The position numbers and the translations under genes are program-made. 64,000 nucleotides of DNA from Thermoplasmata archaeon (GTDB lineage: Archaea; Thermoplasmatota; Thermoplasmata; Thermoplasmatales; ARK-15), in NCBI GenBank assembly GCA_039794005.1, contig JBAMMA010000001.1, positions 32,001 to 96,000 on the forward strand, in the 5' to 3' direction. The notes under the pieces are model-generated. The model did not search any database. It was not told the origin of the DNA and saw only the letters and a list, made by a program, of their open reading frames with translations. The stretch's first letter is position 1; every line of letters starts with the position of its first letter. Positions 8,755 through 18,191 of this stretch are shown piece after piece.

Positions 8755-11487
8755 TTAATTTTTTTGTACAATATTTTGTGCCTTATCTCCTAACATTTTT
8801 TCATAGCTTTTTCTTAATCCTTCAAAATTCATATTTTTTAAAATGTTTTTTAATTTATCTTCAAAATCCTTATCATCAGTAAGAATATATATTATTGTAT
8901 AATATCTCAACAGTAATAACCACAAATTTTCTCTTTCAATATTTTTAATATATTCATTTATCTTCTCTTTAATATTAATATTCCTATTCTTTATGAACGA
9001 TATTATTGAATCTAGAATATTGAATCTCCAAACCAATAAGTCCATACTTTTAATTAATTCATTATTTTTAATTTCATTATATATATTCATAAATTCATCA
9101 TTCACATTTTTATTTTCCAGAATTAACAATTCAAAGTATAATTCAAGAAAATCCATAAAATCTATCAAATCAGATGATTTTATTATACCTCCTCTTTTGG
9201 ATTCATAAAAAAATTTGTAATTTTCAACTGCATTTTTTAGATTACCCCTGAACAGTTCAAATTTTGCCTTTGAAATATATCCAAAATCTATGTATTGTGT
9301 AAGACCACTATTCACAATAATATCTAATTCAGGAATATCTTCAATGTTATTTCCCTTTATTAATTCGATAATCTTCAATAATAAATTCAATTCTATAGAA
9401 TATATTTTTTTATTGTTTTTATTACTGATATCTAGAGATTGTTTAATATAATTTTCAGCTTCAACAACGTTTGCAGTCTTTATAAATATATCTGAAAAGT
9501 TTATTGCCGCTATTATCGCCGGATCATAGTTTCCCTCAAGAATAGCAACTCCATAACCTTTCCTAAATAAATATAAGGCATCATTTACCTTACCTTGATA
9601 CCAATAAATTATTGACATATTCAGATATAAATTCTGTAAATGATGTGGTATCCAAAGTTTCTCAGATATGGATTGGATTTTGTTATAATATTCCATAGCT
9701 TTTTTAAGATCTATTTCTGAATAGATTTTTGCTATCCTAATATATGTTTCCAACAAATTATTGTAATTTCCTAAATTTTCATTTATCTTTTCAGCCATCC
9801 CCAGGTATTCTAATGCCTTCATTATATCCTCTTTTTCCGTATAAATTTGACCCAGCAATCTAAATATTTTCTGCAATCTATCATAATCTTTTAATTTTTC
9901 AGCTATTTCTTGAGCCTTTTTTAAATAATCCTCTGCGAGATCTAGATCATATAATGCCAAATAATTTTCAGCTAATCCAATATATACCAATTCTTTATAA
10001 AAATCATCCAAATTTAATTCTTCTAACTTTGAATATACTTCTATTGATGTGGCAGGGTTATTCATCCTAAACATTACAGAGGCAAATAATATATTTACTT
10101 CAACATCATCAGGAAATTTATTGTAAAGATCATTTACAACATTTAATGCCCTTTGATAATCTTCTTGTGATATTAGTAACTTTAAGTAATTCAAAGCAAC
10201 TTCTTTATCATCTTTATTTATTTCATAAGCTATAGATAATGATTGAAGGGCTTTTGTGGTATTATTTTCTTTTAGAAATTCAAGTCCTACTTTCTTTAAA
10301 TATTCAAATGCTTTATCATTATTCTTTGCATAATAATAGTTAATACCAGCTTCAAAATATCTGCCATTTTTTTCATAATAGCTGGCAATTTTTAATCGCA
10401 CGTCCCTTATCCTTAGCGATGAGAATGACTTTTCTATTATGCCTACTAAATCTTTTCTTTTTAATTCTATTCCATCAGTCGATTCAAATATTAATCCCTT
10501 TTTTATTAGATCATCGAGGGCATCTATAAATTCATCTTCATTTATTTTCATCATATTCATTAATTCTATAGGATCAATTCTCTCATTTAATATTGAAAGA
10601 TAAAGAAGGATAAGTAATTCCTTATCTTTAACCATTTCAAAAATCTCATCCAAATTAATGGGTATTTCTAACAGCTTTTTAATTTCATTTAATATATTAT
10701 CTGTAACAGGTCTTACAAAAATTTTCTCTACTATGTAATTTGATTTTTCTAATGTTTTTATTATATCCATAGCAATTTTTATTTTACCCCCAGATTTTTC
10801 ATAAATAAAAGAAATAATCTTTGGAGGTAATGTGTATCCATTTTCTTCTATTATTTTTTTAAAATCATCTAAATCCAATGATGAAAGTGATAATTCAATA
10901 GCCCCTAAGCTTTTTAAAATGCTAATAACATTAAACAATTCGTCATTTTTTGTGTCTGGATTGTAAATTCCAACTATTCTTGCTTTCGCATTTTCTTTTA
11001 AAAATTTACTTGCTATGTTGAAAAATAATCCTATCAGGTCTTTATCCATTTTATCTAGGTCGTCCATTACAAAAATGAAATTTTCATCGTTTTTTAATTC
11101 ATCAAATTTTGTCATTATTAATAAATTTATTAAGTTTGATGAACTTTCAGATTTATCTGGAGAAATCGCATATGCAACTTTAATATATTTGTTTAAAGAT
11201 TCTTTTAAATCCAATATCTCAATCAATTTTTGATATTTTTCTTCAGGTTTTGTTATGCTGTAATATTTATATTCAAAATTGTACTTTTTTAAAATCTTCA
11301 ATGTAATATACGTTTTACCTATACCGTCCTGCCCCTTGATTAAAATTATTTTGTTTTCCTTGTTTTTAATTATGTTTTCGATGTTTTCTATACTTATAGG
11401 GGCAGCTTGCATTGATATAGAAAAATTAACATCACCTAATAAAGGTTTTTGATTATCATAATTTTCAACATCGTTAAATTTGTGCAT
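8755..11487 (-). CDS. STAND-like P-loop NTPase with winged helix and TPR repeats
   Basis: Walker A GQDGIGKT, Walker B FVMDDLD, IYEKSGG (degenerate GxP), winged helix ALDDLIKKGLI, long TPR/SNAP-like array. Confidence 0.85.
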   Translation of the reverse strand: MHKFNDVENYDNQKPLLGDVNFSISMQAAPISIENIENIIKNKENKIILIKGQDGIGKTYITLKILKKYNFEYKYYSITKPEEKYQKLIEILDLKESLNKYIKVAYAISPDKSESSSNLINLLIMTKFDELKNDENFIFVMDDLDKMDKDLIGLFFNIASKFLKENAKARIVGIYNPDTKNDELFNVISILKSLGAIELSLSSLDLDDFKKIIEENGYTLPPKIISFIYEKSGGKIKIAMDIIKTLEKSNYIVEKIFVRPVTDNILNEIKKLLEIPINLDEIFEMVKDKELLILLYLSILNERIDPIELMNMMKINEDEFIDALDDLIKKGLIFESTDGIELKRKDLVGIIEKSFSSLRIRDVRLKIASYYEKNGRYFEAGINYYYAKNNDKAFEYLKKVGLEFLKENNTTKALQSLSIAYEINKDDKEVALNYLKLLISQEDYQRALNVVNDLYNKFPDDVEVNILFASVMFRMNNPATSIEVYSKLEELNLDDFYKELVYIGLAENYLALYDLDLAEDYLKKAQEIAEKLKDYDRLQKIFRLLGQIYTEKEDIMKALEYLGMAEKINENLGNYNNLLETYIRIAKIYSEIDLKKAMEYYNKIQSISEKLWIPHHLQNLYLNMSIIYWYQGKVNDALYLFRKGYGVAILEGNYDPAIIAAINFSDIFIKTANVVEAENYIKQSLDISNKNNKKIYSIELNLLLKIIELIKGNNIEDIPELDIIVNSGLTQYIDFGYISKAKFELFRGNLKNAVENYKFFYESKRGGIIKSSDLIDFMDFLELYFELLILENKNVNDEFMNIYNEIKNNELIKSMDLLVWRFNILDSIISFIKNRNINIKEKINEYIKNIERENLWLLLLRYYTIIYILTDDKDFEDKLKNILKNMNFEGLRKSYEKMLGDKAQNIVQKN

Positions 11488-11690
11488 TTAAATTTATCAT
11501 ATGTTTTCAAATTAAAAATTTTTTTAATTTTTTTATTATTATATTTCTAATAAAATAATGTTTTTAAATTTGATTAATATATTTATAAAAATCACAATTT
11601 TTTAAAAAATTATTTACAAACACTCTAATTATCAAAAAAATCCAAAAACTATTTAAGTTTAAATTTTGTTATAATTAGACGGTGGCATGA

Positions 11691-12974
11691 ATGGCTAAAA
11701 TAGAAATAGCTGGTAAAACATTTTCGACGGTAAAATTACTGTTCATGGCTGGTGCTGGTCTCTTTTTGGATGGTTATGAATTAAGTGTAATTTCATTAGC
11801 TGCATTATACATGTTTCCAATTCTTAATTTTTCCAATTTATTTCAGACCTTGGTTCTTGGAGCAGTAATTTTAGGAACTATAATAGGTACTATAGGTGCA
11901 GGCTTTTTAACAGATCTATTCGGAAGAAGAACAATATATATCTATGATCTTTTGGGGTATATCATTTTTGGTGTCCTTCAAGTTTTAACTTCAAATCCAT
12001 GGATTATTGTGATATCAAGATTATTCATGGGAATTGCAATAGGTGCGGATTATCCAGTTTCAAATTCATATATAGCAGAAATTGCACCAAAGGAATTTAG
12101 GGGAAGATATTTAGCATTTGCAAATGTCGCCTTTATCTCAGGTTCATTCACATCGGTCCTTATATCTTGGATTATATTTGAGTTATACCCTATAATTCCA
12201 CCTGACCTTGGCTGGAGATTAATGTTAGGTTTGGGAGTAATTCCCGCAATAATCGTATTAATAATGAGATATCAAATGCCAGAATCACAAAGATGGGAAA
12301 ATGTCAAAGGAAAAATTGTTGGAACTGAAATTGCAAAGGAAATGTTCACCGGACTTGGAGGCAAATTCACAATTTTAAATTCAGTACTCTGGTTTATTTT
12401 TGATATGACCGTATTTGGAGCATCTCTATTTATTCCAACTATAATTTTAAAAGTTTATGGAACATCTCAGGTACCAAATCAAGTTAATGCACTTTATGAC
12501 AGTATATTTTTATTGGTTTTGCTTTTAAGCGCAACACTTGTAACATTCATAATAGACAGTACAGGAAGAAAAATAATCCAGATAATAGGTTATGTGGGGA
12601 TGGGCATATTTTTCTTATTAATTCCTTATGGATTTGAAAACATTTACATATTCATTATGATAGGTGTAATGATAGAATTCTTCAACGGTTTTGTTGGTAC
12701 TACCACAGGTATTTTTCCAGCGGAACTTGCAAAAACAGAATTTAGAGGATCTGCTTATGGTTTTGCGAGCATGATGGGTAAAATAGGTGCGCTTGTAGGT
12801 GTATTTGTCGTAGGACTAGGAACTGCTTATCTTGGAAGGGATACCGCACCTGTTTTACAGATATTCGGAATAACAATGTTTGTTGGAGCAGCATTGACAC
12901 TCTTCCTTGTTGATATAACAGACATGGATCTCGATGAACTGTTTGAATTCAAGATGAGATTGTCGGAGGAATAA
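11691..12974 (+). CDS. MFS transporter (sugar porter-like)
   Basis: FLDGYEL, DLFGRR, GADYP, AEIAPKEFRG, WRLMLG, PAELAKTEFRG; about 12 TM. Confidence 0.93.
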   Translation: MAKIEIAGKTFSTVKLLFMAGAGLFLDGYELSVISLAALYMFPILNFSNLFQTLVLGAVILGTIIGTIGAGFLTDLFGRRTIYIYDLLGYIIFGVLQVLTSNPWIIVISRLFMGIAIGADYPVSNSYIAEIAPKEFRGRYLAFANVAFISGSFTSVLISWIIFELYPIIPPDLGWRLMLGLGVIPAIIVLIMRYQMPESQRWENVKGKIVGTEIAKEMFTGLGGKFTILNSVLWFIFDMTVFGASLFIPTIILKVYGTSQVPNQVNALYDSIFLLVLLLSATLVTFIIDSTGRKIIQIIGYVGMGIFFLLIPYGFENIYIFIMIGVMIEFFNGFVGTTTGIFPAELAKTEFRGSAYGFASMMGKIGALVGVFVVGLGTAYLGRDTAPVLQIFGITMFVGAALTLFLVDITDMDLDELFEFKMRLSEE

Positions 12975-12975
12975 A

Positions 12976-13719
12976 ATGTTTTTTAAATCTTTTAAAGGTT
13001 CTATTTTTCATGAAATATATGGTAAAGGTTTTCCAATTTTATTGTTGCATGGATTAGGAGGATCACATGAATCTATGTTTGAAATAGCCAAAGATCTTGA
13101 TGGATTTTCAATAATTATACCTGATTTGCCAAATCATGGACAAAGTGATGACATAGATGGAGATTTGGATGATATTGCAAAAATATTTCACGATCTAATG
13201 GCATACTTGAAATATGAAAAGTATATTTTAATAGGTTTGAGTTTAGGATCTTTAATTGCACAAAATATGGCATATAAATATAAAAATGAGGTTGAAAAAT
13301 TAATTCTTTTATCACCCGGTGTTGTGATAGATGAAGTTGCAATGAACGTTGTAATGACATGGTTTAATGCTGAAGATGGAGGTGCATCAACAACTTTTTC
13401 TCAAGAATTTTATCAAAAACATAAGGCTGAGATTTTAAAATATAATAATGAACATCCATTCGAGCCCTCAAGACTTGCGGAAATTGCATCTAGTTTAATA
13501 AATTTTGATATCAGGGATAAGAAAATAGATATACCATGTTTAGCAATAATTGGAAATCAAGACATTATATTCGGTCCAAGGATAATTGAAGATTTACAGA
13601 AAATTTATAAAAGTTGTAATATTAAAATCATAAACTCTGGGCATGCTATACATCGCGAATCTCCAAAGGAAGTCTCAAAGATAATAAAAGAATTTTTATA
13701 CCAAGATATAGAATTATGA
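12976..13719 (+). CDS. Alpha/beta fold hydrolase
   Basis: LLHGLGG, PDLPNHGQS, GLSLG nucleophile elbow, GNQD, SGH triad positions. Confidence 0.92.
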   Translation: MFFKSFKGSIFHEIYGKGFPILLLHGLGGSHESMFEIAKDLDGFSIIIPDLPNHGQSDDIDGDLDDIAKIFHDLMAYLKYEKYILIGLSLGSLIAQNMAYKYKNEVEKLILLSPGVVIDEVAMNVVMTWFNAEDGGASTTFSQEFYQKHKAEILKYNNEHPFEPSRLAEIASSLINFDIRDKKIDIPCLAIIGNQDIIFGPRIIEDLQKIYKSCNIKIINSGHAIHRESPKEVSKIIKEFLYQDIEL

Positions 13720-13768
13720 GTTGTACAATTTGGAAAGTTTATATATTAAATAGCAGTTAGGTGATTAA

Positions 13769-14200
13769 ATGGCCATTCTCATGAGCCCCCTTGATTACGC
13801 AGTAGAAAACGAAAAGCTTGCTAAGGTAGCAATATCAAAGGGGGCTTTTGATCAAGCAAAAAAATATTTAGACGAAGCACTGAAAACATTAAAATCGTCA
13901 GAGCCATCAGAATTTGAATTCACAGATTTATTAGTAATTCTTAAAAAAATATTAAATGGATATATAACAATTAAAGATTTCCCAAACGCAATAGAGACGT
14001 TAAATTTTATACATTCAATAACAAGAGGTAGAATTAGTTTGATAAATGATGTTAAAAATCTTTTAAAAAATATACCACAAAATTTTAATATTTTACCCTA
14101 CGAGGAGAATCTGAGGAAGCTTGTTGGGAATAATTCTGAACTTGTTGATTTATTGAATATTCTTGTTGAAAATTCAAAGAAATTAGGCCAGGGTCAATAG
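13769..14200 (+). CDS. Hypothetical helical protein, paralog of 8276-8704
   Basis: AGGTGA RBS at about 13759-13764; ungapped similarity to 8276-8704. Confidence 0.8.
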   Translation: MAILMSPLDYAVENEKLAKVAISKGAFDQAKKYLDEALKTLKSSEPSEFEFTDLLVILKKILNGYITIKDFPNAIETLNFIHSITRGRISLINDVKNLLKNIPQNFNILPYEENLRKLVGNNSELVDLLNILVENSKKLGQGQ

Positions 14201-16100
14201 TTTCGTTGTGGTAAACTATTGGTTGTATTTCCTCGATGGTAAAATTTTCTAAATATGAATCTTTTGTATTATTAATTTCAATTGATCCGGAGGAAACAAA
14301 AGAATTAATTCTAATCAAGAAATCCTCCTTTTCTGAGCTATTAAAAGTACAATTTGTTAATTTTGTACTATTTAAAGAATTACTTATGGTAATGCTCGAT
14401 CTATTATAAAAATGGCCAGTTAATTCAATTTTGTAAATTCCCGGGGTTAAATTAAGATTATAAATAAATATTGAGCTGGAAAAATTTTTATTGATATTTA
14501 TATTATAAAATATTGGTTTATAAATCAATACATTTCCATAATAATTTTCTTTTAAAAGAACAATACCATCATATTCTGCAATTATTCCATAGTGATTGCT
14601 ATAAAACAATTTATTCGAAATTTCGTACATTGTCGTTGAATTTAAAATGTAATTGATATAATATGTTAATGAATCGATATCCATTAGAACATATGTAAAA
14701 TTCATTTTCATCCAATAATTATTGATTAATACATATTCATTGTTGTAAGTAAAATTTTTTGAAAAAATTACAAATCCCGGAACAAAAACATCATCGGGAT
14801 TATTTATTCTTAAATAAGCTTCAGGCAAATTATTTTGGACCAATAACCAGGCATTGTCTGGTATTAATTTTATAATATTCATCAATGCGTTATATTTTTC
14901 ATAATCCGGATTTAGATTATGGCTAACATTGAATGATGCCAATGATTCATCATTAAATGGTCCCCATGGTTGGTAAACGAGTCCTAGTAAAATTGTCAAT
15001 ATTAACATAAGTGCAGTAATTTTAGTTTTATTTTCAAACAACGGTGATAAATCAATCTTTTTGATATAAACTATTTTATTATTTTCTTTTATAAATTCAT
15101 TTAATACTTCTATTGTTGCCAAAAACAAAAATGGTGTATAAAGGGGTGAGTATTGTCTTTCTAAAAATCCAGGAAATATAACTCCCCAAAAACTAATATA
15201 TAATGTTATATATAAAAATGGAAGGTATAGTAATAAAAATCTTTTAGATAACAATGGAAAACCAAGCAATGGAAAAAGTATTATGAAAATCATAAAGATC
15301 CTATAATCTAAGACAGAATTGTTTACACCGCTATAATGAGCTTGCGATTGCAATACGCTTAATAAATTTCCACCACCAAAGTATATTTTTATTGCAACGT
15401 AGGAGATCAATAAAATTGACAAGGAAATTAGGAATAATATTAAAGAATAGATCAATTTTTCTCTTGAAAACTCTCTCTTTGTGATCATTTTTACATATTC
15501 TTCTGATAGGAATATAAACCCTGTAAGACTGATCAATAAAATATAGGGAAATCTAGATTCCCCACCAAATATAAAGAAGAATATTGAGGTTTTATACATC
15601 TTTTTGATGAAAAAGTAGTAGCCAAGTAAATAAAATGGTATAAAAAATGCTTGGTAATGAAAATCAAACCAAAATATTCCTGTCAAAGGAGGATAAAATA
15701 AATAGACCAGTGAAATTAAAAAGGATTGTAATCTATTTTTTAATATTTCTTTTGATATGAAATATAAAACTAGGCTACCAAATAAGACAGAAAAGTTTTG
15801 AAAAATTATTATATCTACCATGCTATGATTTAAAAATATTGGAAATATTAAAAATAATATTGGATGAAAAATTAAATTATTAATATCAAAAGGATTTTTT
15901 AAAAATTCCATGCCAGTTAAATATGCCACACCTAAATCCCATACTGAATCATTTAATGAATAGTATTTTAACAATGATATGTAAGACCAATAGATTGAAA
16001 TTATTATGTAAATTATTATCAAAAAATCGAAAATGTAGTCACGTTTAATCAAAGATATAAATTTTCTTATAAAATTTGAAATATATAAATATATTTTCAT
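14085..16100 (-). CDS. DUF2079-like polytopic membrane protein (putative GT-C glycosyltransferase)
   Basis: SVWDLG, FHPILFLIFP, YPPLTGIFWFDFHYQAFFIP, QYS motifs; about 10-11 TM then a soluble Asn-rich C-domain. Confidence 0.75.
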   Translation of the reverse strand: MKIYLYISNFIRKFISLIKRDYIFDFLIIIYIIISIYWSYISLLKYYSLNDSVWDLGVAYLTGMEFLKNPFDINNLIFHPILFLIFPIFLNHSMVDIIIFQNFSVLFGSLVLYFISKEILKNRLQSFLISLVYLFYPPLTGIFWFDFHYQAFFIPFYLLGYYFFIKKMYKTSIFFFIFGGESRFPYILLISLTGFIFLSEEYVKMITKREFSREKLIYSLILFLISLSILLISYVAIKIYFGGGNLLSVLQSQAHYSGVNNSVLDYRIFMIFIILFPLLGFPLLSKRFLLLYLPFLYITLYISFWGVIFPGFLERQYSPLYTPFLFLATIEVLNEFIKENNKIVYIKKIDLSPLFENKTKITALMLILTILLGLVYQPWGPFNDESLASFNVSHNLNPDYEKYNALMNIIKLIPDNAWLLVQNNLPEAYLRINNPDDVFVPGFVIFSKNFTYNNEYVLINNYWMKMNFTYVLMDIDSLTYYINYILNSTTMYEISNKLFYSNHYGIIAEYDGIVLLKENYYGNVLIYKPIFYNININKNFSSSIFIYNLNLTPGIYKIELTGHFYNRSSITISNSLNSTKLTNCTFNSSEKEDFLIRINSFVSSGSIEINNTKDSYLENFTIEEIQPIVYHNETIDPGLISLNFQQEYSINQQVQNYSQQASSDSPRRVKY

Positions 16101-17098
16101 TAAATACCCTCCATGTATGAAATTCTACTTCCAAATGGTTCAAATTTGAATGGTTCTTCCCTCAAATTCAATTCTTTTCTTATATCATTATGTTTTTCGG
16201 GAGGAGCAAATAATAGTAGAAATCCCCCACCACCAGCCCCGATTATTTTACCACCTATTGCTCCTGCTTTTTTTGCTTTTTCATATAATTTATCAATAAA
16301 ATCATCGCTTATGGATTTGGACAAATTTTTCTTTAAATTCCAATTTTCATCCAGCAAATATCCCAATTCGTACCATTTTCCTTTTGATAAATATTCATGT
16401 GTTTTATATGCAAGTTTTTTTAATTCATTATAGTATTCAATTTTATTTTCTATATTCATTTTCATATCTTCGTGAATATTCGAGCTAAGTCTTTCCCTTC
16501 CAGTAAAAAACAATAATAAATGTTCATTCAACAATTTCCTATCTTCCAATTTTGGTAATGTATGAACAACAGATACATTTTCATCGGGAAAAAATTCCAT
16601 AAACCTAAAACCTCCAAAAGCTGCAATATACTGATCTTGTTTTCCGCCTGGTTCCTTTAAGATTTCTCTCTCAATTTTAACAGCTTCTTTAGCTAATTCT
16701 TCCGGAGAATAAATTTCACCCTTCCATGTATGTAATGCATTTAATAAACCTACTAGGAATGAACTGCTAGATCCCAGGCCGGTTCCATGTGATGGTATTT
16801 CAGTTATGCTTATTATTTGTAATCCCGCCTTTATATCCAACAGCTTCAATGATTCCCTAACAGTAGGATGTTTAATTTCATCAATATTTTTTATTGCATT
16901 TTCAGTAATCGAATAACTTATCCTGAATTCATCCCTGTAAAAGTTGTTAGCTATGATCACATAGATATATTTGTTAATTGTAGCAGAAATAACTGCACCC
17001 GGTCCATATTTTCTATAATATTCCGGTATATCTGTACCTCCTCCAGTGAATGTAATTCTTAGAGGAGTTTTAGTTAAAATGATTTTGAAATTATTCAT
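16100..17098 (-). CDS. hddA: GHMP kinase, D-glycero-alpha-D-manno-heptose-7-phosphate kinase-like
   Basis: TPLRITFTGGGTD, GTGLGSSS, GGKQDQY, GGKIIGAGGGGF; adjacent to gmhA. Confidence 0.85.
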   Translation of the reverse strand: MNNFKIILTKTPLRITFTGGGTDIPEYYRKYGPGAVISATINKYIYVIIANNFYRDEFRISYSITENAIKNIDEIKHPTVRESLKLLDIKAGLQIISITEIPSHGTGLGSSSSFLVGLLNALHTWKGEIYSPEELAKEAVKIEREILKEPGGKQDQYIAAFGGFRFMEFFPDENVSVVHTLPKLEDRKLLNEHLLLFFTGRERLSSNIHEDMKMNIENKIEYYNELKKLAYKTHEYLSKGKWYELGYLLDENWNLKKNLSKSISDDFIDKLYEKAKKAGAIGGKIIGAGGGGFLLLFAPPEKHNDIRKELNLREEPFKFEPFGSRISYMEGI

Positions 17099-17131
17099 CT
17101 TCAAATATTATTATGTTGTTATATATAAATT

Positions 17132-17692
17132 TTATTTGAATAAATTGGATTCAACAATTTTTGCAATAATGTGCAAGATTGTGATTGTCGCTTCTTGTAT
17201 GTGTGAAGTAATATCAGAGTTTAGTCTTATTAAATATTTCTCTTCTATTAAATCTTTCATTTTTCCTCCACTTCTGCCTGTAATTCCTATAACAATGCAA
17301 CCTAAATCTTTAGCCTTTTCAATTCCTCTTAAAACGTTTTTCGAATTTCCTGATGTACTTAATGCAATAATCACATCACCACTATTTGCAAAGGCCTCTA
17401 TTTGTCTATCAAATGTGTATTCATAACCGTAGTCATTTCCTATTGCAGTAACAGTGGATGTATTGCAATGTAAAGCCAATGCAGGCAAAGGTTTTCTGTC
17501 CTTTTCAAATTTACCAACTAATTCTGCAGCAAAATGTTGAGCATCTGCAGCACTTCCACCATTACCAAATATAATTACCTTTTTATTATTTCTATATGCA
17601 TTTATTATTTCCTCAGAAATTTTCAAAATTTTTTCTTTCTCTATATTTAAAATTACGTTACAATGGTTATTCAAGTAATCCTCAATATCCAT
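17132..17692 (-). CDS. gmhA: Phosphoheptose (sedoheptulose-7-phosphate) isomerase
   Basis: GNGGSAADAQHFAAEL, TAIGNDYG, STSGNSKNV, HIQE. Confidence 0.95.
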   Translation of the reverse strand: MDIEDYLNNHCNVILNIEKEKILKISEEIINAYRNNKKVIIFGNGGSAADAQHFAAELVGKFEKDRKPLPALALHCNTSTVTAIGNDYGYEYTFDRQIEAFANSGDVIIALSTSGNSKNVLRGIEKAKDLGCIVIGITGRSGGKMKDLIEEKYLIRLNSDITSHIQEATITILHIIAKIVESNLFK

Positions 17693-17741
17693 ATGTTTTA
17701 AATGATAAAATTCATAAATAAATATTTTCATTTATATTCAG

Positions 17742-18191
17742 ATGCAAAAGGCCTTATTTGTTGATAGAGATAACACATTAAATGTTGATTGTCCTTACTG
17801 TCATAAAATTGAAGATTTAAAATTAATAGAAAAAAATCTAGATATTATTAAAAAATATCAAGATAAATATTTAATAATAATCATTTCAAATCAATCTGGA
17901 ATTAGGAGAGGATATTTTGATTACAGGGAATTTTATCATTTTCATTCTGAATTATTAAAGTTATTAAAAAACAAGGGCATTAGGATCGATGCAACATACA
18001 TATGCCCACATAGGCCTGATGAAAATTGTGAGTGTAGAAAGCCTGGATTAGGATTAATTTATAAAGCAGTGATCGATTTTGATATAGATATAAAAAATTC
18101 TATAATATTTGGTGATAGGGAAGATGTTGAAGGAGAGATGGCAAATAAATTAGGTATTAAATTTATTAGAGCATATAGTATTCAAGAATAG
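17742..18191 (+). CDS. gmhB: D,D-heptose-1,7-bisphosphate phosphatase (HAD IIIA)
   Basis: FVDRDNTLN, SNQSGI, CPH...CECRKP, GDR. Confidence 0.88.
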   Translation: MQKALFVDRDNTLNVDCPYCHKIEDLKLIEKNLDIIKKYQDKYLIIIISNQSGIRRGYFDYREFYHFHSELLKLLKNKGIRIDATYICPHRPDENCECRKPGLGLIYKAVIDFDIDIKNSIIFGDREDVEGEMANKLGIKFIRAYSIQE

